Positions 1 to 13,000 of a DNA stretch of 64,000 nt are shown in pieces. Origin of the DNA: Diadema antillarum (taxonomy: Eukaryota). Made by a program: the position numbers and the translations under genes. Positions within the stretch are counted from its first letter, which is position 1. Each line of letters starts with the position of its first letter. The notes beneath the pieces are model-generated. The model saw nothing but the letters and a program-made list of their open reading frames with translations. It searched no databases and was not told the DNA's origin. Location of the stretch: assembly GCF_040938485.1 (NCBI RefSeq), contig NW_027271758.1, positions 248,001 through 312,000 of the forward strand. The letters are read 5' to 3'.

Positions 1-24
1 TCAGGCATTATATTTTCCCTTTAC

Positions 25-100
25 CTTCTGAGTTGACAATGATGTAGCCAATCACACCCTTGTGTGAGAGAATCCTCTTCAGTGCTTCTTCAACTTCAGC
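25..100 (-). CDS. DYNLRB: Dynein light chain roadblock, coding exon 2 (gene continues left of window)
   Basis: Translates AEVEEALKRILSHKGVIGYIIVNSE(G), close to human DYNLRB2 [26 protein letters not shown]; tttgtcacacAG acceptor and GTaaag donor; 76 nt, phase 0 to 1. Confidence 0.93.
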
Positions 101-2989
101 CTGTGTGACAAAATAAAAAAAAATTATCAACAAAAAGATGTCAATATCCCTGACAAACAGTGATTACTATAAAACACTAGCTTACTGGACACAGGCAACA
201 GCTGCACCTGAAAAGTGGGTACAGAAAAAGTGGCCCCTTCATGGATGGCTTTCATGACATTTAGTTTGCCCAAGAACTTTCTGTAAAAGTGGACATTTTC
301 ATGAGTAATGAATAATTTTTCATGCTCAGCCAGGCTCAAATTGTGAAATGAATTTCACATGCTTTTAATTCCACAGAATTAAAAACAGAAAACAAAATAC
401 ACACAACAGTAACAAACAAAAATACTAGCATACAAGGTACTTCTATTTTCAAGTTAGTTTCATGTCATGCGAAATGTGTGAAATTTTCCATTGTTACAGC
501 AAGCAGCATGATACTTTTTTTTTGGGGGGGGGGGGGGGAAATGGTCTGACACCGATATTTATGATTGCTGTGAAAATCAAAATAACAGCAAAACATGATT
601 TACAAACACAGCTGCCCTGCTGTACATGTTTCAATATAATAGAAGGGAGATAACCAATTTACCAGGTACACGGTGTAACATAATCACATTTTAATCACAC
701 ACTACAAAGTTTCACACTAGAAAGTCTGTTGAATATACCATAAACCCATGGTAACAGCGTGTACAGTTACCAAGCTGGCTCTGCAGTGTGTTGATCTTCA
801 TCTACCAGTGCAGTTCAGTTTATTTAACACCAAAAACCATACACATCTAGAAAACATAACTAGAATCTAATTCATACATAGAAATATACAAATCACATAG
901 CTAGATGAATTGCTTTCAAATCAAGGGCCCCTTTCATGCAACGTTTTTATCATAGGAAGCCAAGATTTTTTCATAAGTGGGGCCATAAAATACAATTAAT
1001 TAAACACGAGAGATAAGCACCGTAAACACACAAAATAGAACCCTCTACTCTAGAAATCTAGACTATAGAGGTCTCCTGTATACACACAATTCACAAAGTA
1101 AAGTAGATGTCTAACAAGTTAGACACTTTTTGATGCTGGGTCCTAGGCTAGTGTCCACCACAAGGCCCAAGGGTGAGTTTGCACATGTTTGGCCCCTTTT
1201 GGGTATATGGAGGTCATTTGACGAACAGGTGTGACAGTACATTAATTAGCGGGCCCCCGACATTTCAGTTTCCAACCAACAATATCACACATGAAAGAAA
1301 AAACAGGTAATCATGTAGAAATGCACACCATGCACACCTACCATTTCCTTCCTTAATTTGTCAATAAAAACTTTTCGTGGCTATCAGAAATGTCAAGATG
1401 AACCATATCTGACGGTTTCATGAAATTTCATAGCCAATTACAGAAGAAAAGTAGCTAATTTTGACTCAAAAGTACGCCGATCAACGGCTGTATCAGCGTA
1501 GCATGATTGATGATCGATTATGTGGAAAAGCGATATAATGATGATGATCGATTGTTGTAGTCTGTGATACAGCCGCTTGTTTAACCACAATAATTACGTC
1601 GGCTTAACAGTAAAAAGTTGAAGAAAGAAAGTGATCTCGATGCGTCTGTTTTTTGTTGTTTTAGTTAATTTTCTCCTTCGTGCTGCATTTGACTGTATAC
1701 AAACATTGTATCTGTCAACATATTTTGCTGACTGAATGATAGGAGGATAATATGTGTACAAAACAATAAAAGATAATAAAATGAACCTTACTACGAAACA
1801 AAAGCAAATATTGGGGTTGCAGTTCTTGTATACATAATAAAATGAAATGGAAAAATTAATAGCGTTACTATCATATAAACAATAATTTATACTCTGAACT
1901 TATCAATTAAAAACATAAATTTAATAGAATCTACCATTTTTACCATCACCAGGAACAACAAATCCCCTTCGAAGTCAACTTCCTCCTCATCTTCTTTTCT
2001 CTCTCTCTCTCTCTCTATCCCTCCTTCTAATAGCCTTACTCTTTTCTTCCACTTTTCCTTCAACCTCATTCTTTTCCCTTCAACACTATTCAAATTAAAT
2101 CATCAACTTTTGTCATGATAAAATCAATACTTGCCACAATTTCTAAAGAAAGGATGTCTAAATCCTGGTATGAATAATCTGTATCAATAATTTAAATAGT
2201 GATAATCATGATAGTGGCAGTGAAAAGAATGAGAAAAAATACGAAAATGGAAAGTAACATTATATCTGGGGCCCACACGTATTGCACAAGTCGTGTTAAT
2301 ATTGTTAGTAAGCGGCTAATTAGAGACTACCAGAATCGATTATAATCGTTGACATCGTTCTCTGTGAAATCGATGCACTACTTACTACGTCGGAACTATG
2401 ATCGCGACCGACGTACTTTTCAACTCCGATTTCTCATTTTTCTTCCCTTTTCGGCTTTCTAATTCTATGAAAACTCTCTGATATGATTCAATTTAGCATC
2501 TCCAAGAGCTGCACAAAATATGATTGACAAACGGCGAAGCGAACGGTAGGTGTGCATTTCTATGTGATTACCAAAAAACTTACTAGATCCACCTAGCTAG
2601 ACCTAGTCTATATTGTATTAAACTATCACTGATCATGATTCAGTGTGATGTAGCTGTGTAGTGTGGGATTGACTGTCAGTGTTTACAGTACACACTATTA
2701 CTATTCTCAGTGCAGTGATACGAACGTTCTCAGTGCAGTGATACGAACGTACACAGCACACAGGCTTTGCTGCTGCTGCATATTTCTGCATGCAGCTATA
2801 CAGCATGCACTCATTACAGTGTAGTTCAATAGGGTTACACCTGTGACACATTTGTCGATGACCAGCCTGCATATTTACGAGCCGATTCTCACTTCAGCTG
2901 CATCAGTTGATCGCAAATCTAGGTGTCACTGAGAACGTAAAAGTTAATGTTCAAATTCGAGACAAAACTTGAGAACTTGTTGATCTTAC

Positions 2990-2992
2990 CAT
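2990..2992 (-). CDS. DYNLRB: Dynein light chain roadblock, coding exon 1 (ATG only; 5' UTR extends to about 3060)
   Basis: Minus strand reads agaaacATG|GTAAGA; phase-0 donor fits exon 2, an ATG-only first coding exon matches vertebrate DYNLRB genes, and it lies in a CpG-rich promoter-like island. Confidence 0.8.
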
Positions 2993-3050
2993 GTTTCTAA
3001 CGAAGAGTTACGGAGGTGCAGACAACGTCGTTCGGCTGTATTTTCTTGTG

Positions 3051-3077
3051 GTTGCTAACGTGTAATGCGCATGCGCA
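3051..3077. promoter_or_regulatory. DYNLRB proximal promoter: X-box-like half site plus NRF1/P3A2 palindrome
   Basis: GTTGCTAAC at 3051-3059 and perfect TGCGCATGCGCA at 3066-3077, 60-85 nt upstream of the ATG. Confidence 0.55.
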
Positions 3078-3691
3078 CACGGAGGTGGGCTTCGCGTCCG
3101 ATCTTGGCTTCTCTTTTCGATTCTGAGAGCTCCCCGTGTGAATCGTTCATAGCTGTCTTCCCGAAGCAGTAGATGCTGTGATATTGATCAAGGCCAGTCG
3201 CAGTCGATGTGTTGTCTCACTAAAAGTGTACGTTATGTAATAAATGATTTATTTGAAATGATAAATAATTTACTTCCTCGATAGCATATTAGGTACAATA
3301 ATCTTATATGTCAGGACTTTTAGCGTTTTCTTATTTATGTTTGTCGTACCAATTTCTGGTGAGCATTAATTCAACTAAATATAACATTTTTATGTTAGTG
3401 GAAACAATATCCATTATAATAACGTTGCAAAGGAGGTCGTTTATATACTCAAAAGTTTGAAACAAAATAGTTATCACTTGCACGATTTTCTAATCTCTGT
3501 GCTCCTCAGCGATTAGGCGTGTCGATATATACCAAGTTTATTCCAGGTTTCCACATAAGAACACGAGATTCCCAGTAATACATAAGCCTTTGTGAGAACA
3601 GCTGATACAGTGCATAACAATATGTAATGTATAGTAACATTTTATACAGGGTAATTATTACAGTCTATGGAAAATAGATCAACATTAATTC

Positions 3692-4584
3692 ATGAATAAA
3701 TCTAATCTGAAGTTGATTTATCAGCATATCTTGCCACTTTTTGAATATGCTGATATCATAATCATTACTCTTGATTCAAGTCATAAAATATATATAACAA
3801 CTGCAAATTCTTCAAAATCGCGTTGGGCCGCTGCAGGTTATCATGAAAACACTCCTTACAAACATGTGTTTAACTTCCAAATTCATTCTGTTTTAAACTG
3901 GTATTCTCTTGAGTCTAGACGTAGGAAGCATTACGGAACATGTTTGTATTTAAATCAACTCGTAGTACGTTATCCTCGTCTATGAATGATGTAAATATTC
4001 CATCCTTCATGTGACTCATATTCTCTCCGTAACGCAGGAAATGTTCTTCTCCCGAAGCCTCATACTGATTATTGTAAAAGAACAAGACATTATAGGGGAT
4101 CGATGATTAAGTACAATGCTTTGAAATTGACCTCAAGTGCAGATATATTTTTAAAGGGTTTAGAAAATTGTATTTCTGATTTTATGTGAGAATTGTTTAT
4201 GTAGGCCTACCATGTAGATGCATATTCCTCATTCATTTTCTTTCTCAGCTGAATATACGGAAATGCCTATATTTTTGTTGATTTTATTATCAAAAATGTA
4301 TCTAATTCTCATCGGAAATTTATTCTCTGAATGTTTGTACAGGGGTATTTTCTTCTTATGTAACTGTACTTATGTATATTATTTCTCATGTAAGGGGCCC
4401 GTCTGTAAAACAGCGCTGTTCGATAACAACGCTGAGTATATAGGGTCATCCCTCCGTTAAAGCTTATTTTATGTAACATATCTTTGTTTGTATATCTTTT
4501 TAATGACAGAAAATATACAATACAATACAATACAATACAATACAATACAATACAATACAATACATACAATACAATGCAATACAA
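3692..4584 (+). mobile_element. Degenerate 3' part of an L2/CR1-group LINE with (CAATA)n tail
   Basis: Frame reads YQHILPLFEYADII...LNWYSLESRRRKH (post-RT C-terminal motifs of CR1/L2 ORF2); hairpin-like 3' UTR near 4395-4460; (caata)n run 4516-4584. Confidence 0.6.
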
Positions 4585-7500
4585 TACATCATAATTCTAG
4601 GGCAAGCGAATTGGAGGGGTCCTATAGGAAAGCAGGCTTGTATTAATCTTATAGATCCCTGGAATGCATAATAGTGATCAAAGACAGACCTTTAAAACTT
4701 ATCTAGGGACTTACAATTTGGAAGAAACAAAGAAAAAATGTGTTGCTTTCATGACAAATACTAAAGAATGGCAATATAACAAGGAAATTATATTTTCACT
4801 TTATTATATAGATGATAATGTCGTGAATGATACCCACCACTAACAAGAAGAGAGTTTATCGATTTAGAAAATATAGTCATTTTCATCTGTTCAGTGTTCA
4901 GGGTTACTTAAGTACTCAATGAATTTAGTAGGGGACTGGTATAGTACAGTCAATGGGCCTACATTTTTTTTTTCTTTTTTTTTGGGGGGGGGGGGTGGGA
5001 GTTGGGGATCGGACTTATCTTGACCGCTTTATCAGACTCTCATGCTGCGCTCTTGCCTCATGTGCACACACATCTGACAAAAAAAAAAAGGAAAAGAAAA
5101 GAGAGATAAATACACACTAAAGTAGAAATTTCGGAGGGTTCGCCCTCTCTCCCCTCCCCCCCCCTTTCACGTGCGATGAAACACCGATCAGAAATTTTTT
5201 CCTGTTATGATTAAAGGACAATTACCAGCAAGACAATATATCGTAATCCGAAAAGAAAGAATAAAAATATAGTAGGCCTAAGCATTAACAAAACTCGGTA
5301 ACGAAGTTAGGAAACTGACGTTTCTCTAATTTTTACAAAACAGTTCTTGAACGGTCTATGCAAATGAGTGGGAGGATGATGTCATAGCCTCACAACTAGT
5401 CATTTCAGTTTGTCTATACAAAATCTTAAATTTTCCCGTTTTTCTTTCTTGTTTTTTTGTGTGTGTGTTCAATAATGTCCCAATAATGTCCGGTTTTAAA
5501 TCGTAATACACTTACTGATAATTATTTTGATCTTCTTCAGCCAGAAATAACATATTAAGTTTAAAACTTTATATTAAAAAAAAAAATTTCATCAGTTTGG
5601 GGATACGATCAATGATAATTATGTGAGGTGATTATAATATCAGCTCACTCATTTAGATACTCATATTAACTGTTCGAGAAGAGTCAGCGAAACTTCACAA
5701 TATCAAGGTTTAATTGCCATTTATCTTTCCTACAAACAATATTCACTTAAAACAAATGATTATGCAATCATTTTGGAAATGCTGCACATGTTTAGAAATA
5801 GACCTACATTGAAAAAAAAAATCCACTGCGGGATGCGCTTACGGCGAGTGTGTTCTTGACATGATGATTATTGGGATAAAGAAGACACAGAAAATCAGAG
5901 ATATAGGGACAAGTTTGCAGGGATAAAGGATATAAGGACAGGGACAGACTGAAATTAGAGACGACAATACCGGATGGACTAAATGTGCGTAATTGACATT
6001 GACATTGACGGGGACGTATGATTGTTGTGTAATGATACTCAAAGTTGTCACTACCCCCCCCCCCCCCCCCCACCCCCATGATGACCGGATATGTCACTTC
6101 ACCTCTGGCCAGTCAATGACCCCTATACCAATACTATATCCACCTCCAGTTATTGACCTCCATCATCCCTTGCGCATACATTGCTGTCGCCCCATCGAAC
6201 GAAACCCAAACATCCTGCCCTTCCCCCATTGATTGTTGTTGAAGTCCAAATCCAAGAATACTTCCTTCTTTCTAAAACTAGTCCCGCCTTTGTTTCTATA
6301 ACAACCAAAGTTTTGCCCTATCAAACCCTGTCTTTATCACAAAGACTCCACCCCATTCACCAATTCATTGTATGTTGTAACCAATGTGTGATCGATATAT
6401 ACACAGAATTGTATCATTCGAGAAGCGAGAAGCTCGAAGAGAGAGGTCATGCCAGAAACAACCCTCTCAAATAAACTACATTTGAAAATACATTGCAGCC
6501 TGTGAACGTGTATAGGCCTACCTCTTTAACTAAATCGATCCCAACACAACAGTATATATATAAAATATTAATGTTTTACATACCGATAACATGAGAAGGA
6601 CATGGGACATTCATTGTTAACAGACGTTATATTATGGGAAAAGAGGAGAAGAATCGACCATGATGGTAAACAATAAAATTTTACTCTTTCTTTTCAGACT
6701 AGCTCTGAAATTGCCACTACACAGCGTGGTAGAACACCAGCAGGAATAGACAGGATGAGAGAGGGGGATGGAGAGAGAGAGAAGGAAGGAAAGAAAGAAA
6801 GGAGAAGGAAGAAGGGGGAAGAGATGAAAAACTTGACCCCAATAATATGCACTGTTCGGCTATGATAACACCTGGCTATTATGAGTTCGACTGAGTTTGT
6901 AAACAACTCTTTGTGAGTAATGCAGGAAGGGCTTGGCGGAGTTTGTTTTCTGATGGTCAGACAATGCTCTTCAACATAGCCGCGACGTTTTGTGAATGTT
7001 TATAATACAGCGTCTGATGTAGGGTTATTATCTGTCTTGACGCTTTTGCTCTTTTCCCCCAACTATTTCATAATATAGTTCCACCATGCTGTGTAATACA
7101 TGTATAAGTTAACAGATCGCTTCCATATACAATTTTCGCTACCTTAATCACCGATGTTAATCCTCTGTATACTTTGTTATCTACGAGCTCCTCTATCAAT
7201 TTCCTTTAGACATCGCTCGATAGCTTGCACCTGGATTACCGAAAGTTTATTACATTTCCTCTACATTCTGACCTGTAGCTACAACAGTTTACCCCCAAAA
7301 AGGTCTGACCTGCATGTAGAGTGGCAGACTATAGAACTGCCACGTTGCACGTGAGTCTCTAGCGACGGATGTTGATGACGAGGCCAGAGTTCTAGCCAGC
7401 TTGGGGAGAAAACAGCAGGATTGCTCAGGGGTGACAGCGCGGCCACGTCCCCACTCATACACCACGGGCACTTGCCATCCAGCTATCGCAGAAGAAGGAA

Positions 7501-7624
7501 CGTGAATACCGCGACGACCCGGTCCAGTATCATACACATACCTCTTGTCATAATTTGCCTTATCCGTCCACTGCTGGTTCAATCTCAAGTTCGAGGGACT
7601 TCCATTGATTGATAGCAAGCTGCC

Positions 7625-7681
7625 ATGGATCTCTACATCACTCTGTTGTTATTTGTTGTGTTGGTTGCATCCTTTGTCAAG
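7625..7681 (+). CDS. PPIB: Secreted/ER cyclophilin (CypB/C-like PPIase), exon 1: signal peptide
   Basis: gctgccATGg Kozak context, in-frame stop at 7613-7615, MDLYITLLLFVVLVASFVK hydrophobic leader, GTGAGT donor, phase 0. Confidence 0.88.
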
Positions 7682-9633
7682 GTGAGTGTATAGCTCATTG
7701 CAAACGATTTTGAGAGATGCCTTATCGATACTTCTTGAGATGGGTCTTGCCTGTCGTCTCGTTACCATGCATCCTTTACACAAGTTATAATTTTCATGAA
7801 TTTGAACTTTCGGGATCACTTACACAGTCGTGAAATAATATATCGTGAATGTCTTATGTTTCCCTTTCTTTCTTTAAACCAAACGCAATTACCAAAAATT
7901 TAAACGTGCATATCAAACTTTCATATCAACTACAGTTTTATCTCTGATGGTTATAACTATACACAGCCCTGTCGCCGTACACGAGTGTTGCCACGGCGTC
8001 TGGTCGGGCTAATGGTTTTGTAGAATTAATGGTTTGCGATAGCAGCGTCTAATTCAAGTATTCATAGTATATTGAGCATGTTGAGACTTCATCTGTCCTC
8101 CATGGAAACGATATGGAGTGCAATAATGATTTGTAACATTATTTATACACCATCCACATCCGATTACTTCAAGACTCCTGATTATCTGCGAGGTTTTCAA
8201 AGGCCCGAAGTTCTTTGAGTTTGAGTTCGAAAATATAGGGCCTACTACACCCTAATATTCTTTATACTTCAAAAAGTTCAGAATGGCGATAAAGAATATA
8301 TGCGATATACAAACAAGGGTTTCAACAGTGACAAGTAACATTCAAGTCAACAAAATAATCATTGCCTATTTTAATGTCTATGCTGACATGAAAGGGTTCG
8401 TGTGTGCAGTGTGTGTGAGTTTGTGTATAGGGCTGACAAAACTCCGATATTTCTGACCCCGGAAAATAAAAGGTCACAGCTACATACCATACCGATGGTT
8501 CGGCACCTTGCGAAGCGATCAGCATCCACGCTGCCACGTTGCATACACAAAATAGTGCATGCTCGATCTCCTTCCCCCTCGTATCAAAGCTCTTGGCATG
8601 TTTTTTTTTTTTTTTTTTCCGCTCACAGTGTCCATTCATTCTTCCCTTCCGCTCTGCTTGCTCCTCGTGCAATCACTTTTATAGAAACGGGAGGGTCTTT
8701 GACAAAAGACTACAATATTTATGGCCCTGTTCTCACCTGTGTCCCATGAACTTTTCCAAGTGCACTTCGCAGATTTCAACCACACGGGTTTTCTTCCCCC
8801 ACTGCACTGGCAGTTTTCCCCTCGCCTTCTACTTCATATATGTATAATATTCCACGAGGAATTCAGCGTTTATTTGATGAAACTTTGTTTTGAAATGGAT
8901 GAGATATCCAAAACAAGCGATAGGCGCTACTAATCATAATGAAAGGTGGGACCCATAGTACCCAACTTATAGGATCTCGATCTTTGTTTTACTTTGTGGT
9001 TTTTGGATATCTCAGCCATTTCAAAAACGATTTTCATCAAGTAAACTTTGAATTCCTTTTAGAATGGTATGCTCTGTAGCATTTCACATGTAGTTTCTTA
9101 GTATCTTGCAGAAAGATACTCATTCTCTCGGTTCTGAGTCTATATTAGTCACCGCAATCAGACGTCTAGGCCCCCCCCCCCCCCTTTCCGCTTCCGGTGA
9201 GGGAAGGGGGGGGGGTGCGAATGGCGGCCTTATATAGTGGAGGTGGGGCGATTGGTGCGGTTAATTTAGTTTTTATGGATACGACAATGTAATCGGACAA
9301 GTTAGGGAATACGTCTAGACAAACTCACTTCCCGTATACTTTTACATGTAGTTGCCAATATTATGCTCCACTGCCGTCAGTGTGACCCTTGAAAATTTAA
9401 ACTCATGAGCACATGGCGACGATGCTGATTTCTCCGTCCTAGTTACTTAAAACGATCAGATCAGGCAATTGATTGGAATAAGACCAAAATAAGCCATGTT
9501 ATATCAAGCCTTTTGCCAAGGCCCTCACGCTGACTACCACCATTATTATTATTATAAGTATAGTAGCATTATCAATGCTATTGTAATCATCATTGCCACC
9601 ACTATCATTATCATTATTATCCCTGCGGCATAG

Positions 9634-9847
9634 GCCGATGACCCCGAGGCGAAAGCCATGGTGACGCACAAGGTCTCCTTCGACATCAGCATCGGAGGCG
9701 AGCCGGCGGGCACCATCGAGCTCGGACTCTTCGGCGAGGTAGTCCCCAAGACCGTGGCCAACTTTTTCACCTTCTCCGACCCCAAAAACGAGGAGAACTA
9801 CGTCAATACAAAGTTCCATCGAGTGATCCGGGAATTCATGATCCAAG
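9634..9847 (+). CDS. PPIB: Cyclophilin exon 2
   Basis: ADDPEAKAMVTHKVSFDISIGGEPAGTIELGLFGEVVPKTVANF...KFHRVIREFMIQ(G); catAG acceptor, GTATCG donor; 214 nt. Confidence 0.96.
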
Positions 9848-10030
9848 GTATCGTTTTCGACTCACCAGCCCACCCCCCCCCCCAAAAAAAAAGAAGAAAA
9901 AGTAAAAACAAAACAAAAACTAGTGATGCAGCACTGGACACTTTTTACTCATAGTCTAACAAACAAACAAACAAACAAACAAACAAACAAACAAACAAAC
10001 AAACGAACAAAAAAGCCAGAAAACCAATAA

Positions 10031-13000
10031 TAGTAGGGGCTACTATGTAATCCCATGAGATTTTTGTGCCAAAATTAATTTTTTTGGCCAACTTTGTCAA
10101 TTTGGGGGTGCTGAATCCAAAAAACTTTGGTTCCATTTTTTCTGACCACGTCTTCAGCCGCCATTTTGAATTTCAAAATGGCCGCCATAGCAAACTGTAT
10201 TTTTATCCATATCTCATTAAGTGAGCATTGTAGAAGCTTCAAATTTGGTGCAAGATGCATGGTTGTGATGTCAGACACTCTGGTATATCTTTTTCTGATA
10301 TTGTGGATTGTTTTGATACAATTTGTTGGCTGCCATCTTGAATTTCAAAATGGCCGCTATAGCAAACAGTATTTTGAACCACATCTCATACACGAGCATT
10401 GTAGAAGCTTCATATTTGGTGCAAAATGCATGGTTGGGATGTCAGACACTCCGATATATCATTTTCTGATATTGTGGATTGTTTTGATACAATTACTAGG
10501 CTGCCATCTTGAATTTCAAAATGGCCGCCGTAGCGTTTTTATGCATATCTCATGTTGCAATTACTGTAGGAGCATCAAATTTTCAGTAATGCACATGATT
10601 GTGGTGTCTAACGTTCCAGTACAGCTGTTTCCTATTGTAGATCATTAGATAGGTCACCATCTTGAAATTCAAGATGGTGGCCAAAGAAAAACATAATACA
10701 TGTAATACTGTAACTGTGGTAAGAGCCATAGATGAATTTGCCAAAATTGTCCTAGTTAGACCGAATTCATTTTCAGGTCACGCAGAACGACAGCCATTTC
10801 TTAATTCAAAATGGCCGCCATAAATTCAGACTGTAAGGACGAGGTTCCAATGACGTCATCAAGTCATCCTGAGGGGCAAAGACTGCGTAAGGAGGGGGGG
10901 GGGGGGGGGGAGGGGAAGGGTCCCATACCACTTCCCATAAGACTAGTGTGGGCAAGTGTGTAAGCGTTACATCCCACGTCCCATAATAGCCAAGCGGGTA
11001 TGTGGTTCGCGTACACGTGATTTGTTTTGCCTCTCAGGCAAGACATTATTTGTTGTCATGGAACCTCGTTGATATTTATTTTTAATCCCAGTTATTAAAT
11101 AGTTGAACAAAAGCAAGCATTGATACGATTAGAGGTGATCTTTAAAAACTTGATACCGCCTCGAGAGAATAAAGACAAACAAGGAAAAGTCTCGCAATGG
11201 CAAAAAATGCCATAGTCACCCTACCAGGCATCCCACTCACAAGCGTGTTTGTTGACCACAAAATGAAACAACTCATCAGGGAGCTCATAATTGCTGGATG
11301 TATTTCTGGAATAACACAGAATGAATAAGGAATGCCAATGAGTAGATTTTACCTGATTGCCCTTGTGTGGGTCATCCTCAATTATCAAGACTTCCAAGAT
11401 GATTACTGATGTACCGCCAATGATTCGAAAACTAAAAAGGAGCAATAATAGCTCAGTTCTGTGGCACTTTGGATGCATCAGAATTCCTCAACAATTTAGA
11501 ACATCATCGCACGAGGGCAATCTCAAAAATTTGCACTGCATTGAAACTTATGAATATGGTGCTTGGCAATCAGATATCGGAAACATTCAAGGAGGATATT
11601 CTAGAAAGCGATGAAAAGGGAAGTTTTCATGTTCTGTACTAAGAATTTGTATCTGAAAGAATTAAACAAAAACCAAAACAAACAAAACAAACCCTGTCTG
11701 GGATAATATGAGAAAAGATCTGTCTGGGATAATATGAGAAAGGCCAGACATTCAGCTCTTGCAATTGAAATACATTGTGTAAGATTGGATCAAAAAGTCA
11801 TTAAGCTTAAGAGGACCACTATCTTCTTATAACGCTTCTACTGGTACAGCAATCTGATAGACTTGTCATTATCGAGTCATTACTGGACGATACAATTATC
11901 GGAAGTTATATGAGTTCTACTGTTCTAAGTAATTCCACAGTGACTCTTCATCTAACAATTTCATGGCCTTCTCTTCCATCTGACACAGAACGGGGAAAAA
12001 AAAGAAACAAAGGGTTCATCAAAGATACCATGGGAGTTGTCACCCGTCACAACGAGGAAGCTGATATCCTCATTCCATTGCATATATTAGATGCTACTTC
12101 AAGAGCAAAACATAGAATTTCAGAGATATTGATGATCATTACGTATTAGACACTGACATTTTCATTCTCCTAATGGATCTTTGCTTTACTTTTAAAACTG
12201 CATCGTACGTTGTCTGCTCCATCACTGGAAAAGGAGATGATATAGTACAATTGACACTGTTGAGAGATTATGTTCTGCAAATTGTTGCGAAAAACAATTG
12301 TCTGCTTGGTCATGCCTTTCATGGCACAGGCTGAAGTTGAAAATTTGAGGATGTCTCAAAGAGCAGATGGATCAAGAATTCTCTAAGCCTTGAATCATGC
12401 AGAATGTGCAATGAAACAGCCCATGCCTTCCAGAAGTTGGGCGTGGATGACTTCAACCTGGACAATTTGCTCTCGTAGAATCTTGATACAACACATCCAG
12501 AGAACAAAACTCGTAAACCTTCACACCCTAATTTGTGCCTCTACTTCAGGGGATTATTATGTGGTACATTGTCGTTATTTCCAGCAGATATACATTTATA
12601 AACTGTGCAAGTAAATGCTTTGAGCTCCCGGTCGATACACCAACGGTATAGCCACAGAATTCATTATCATGTTCATATGGCAAGAAATGCAAAAGTCATT
12701 GTTTCTGGAAGAATTTAGAACCAATCCTCCACTGTGTACAGCCCTATACAAGTGTTGTGACTTCAAAAACACATGCAGGGAACGAGCCTAGAAGATGTTA
12801 ACTAAGTAAATTTCCGATACACGGCTAATATTGTTTATTTAAACTCCACAACCAAATCGTCTAAATGGGGCATCTAGTTCACTCAGACACAGTTATTGAT
12901 TCACCTTTGAAAGTTATTTGCTTTGACACTATAATCACATGATTCACAAGTTTTACCCAAATGCAATGCTCTTGAAGGATTGTTTCCCATGGCAGCCATT

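Noticed and set aside
5843-5947. Potential - strand exon (ttcAG ... GTAAG) as an alternative first exon of DYNLRB
   Set aside because: Its ATG ends in phase 2, incompatible with the phase-0 exon 2; no homology.
9499-9846. Minus-strand ORFs over cyclophilin exon 2, and similar antisense ORFs over CNOT10 and MULE exons
   Set aside because: Shadow frames of GC-rich true exons.
10127-10648. 173-aa + ORF and the MELKFFGFSTPKL / MEPKFFGFSTPKL ORF pair (14049, 9945)
   Set aside because: Translations of the Academ inverted arms; the apparent paralogy simply reflects the TIRs.
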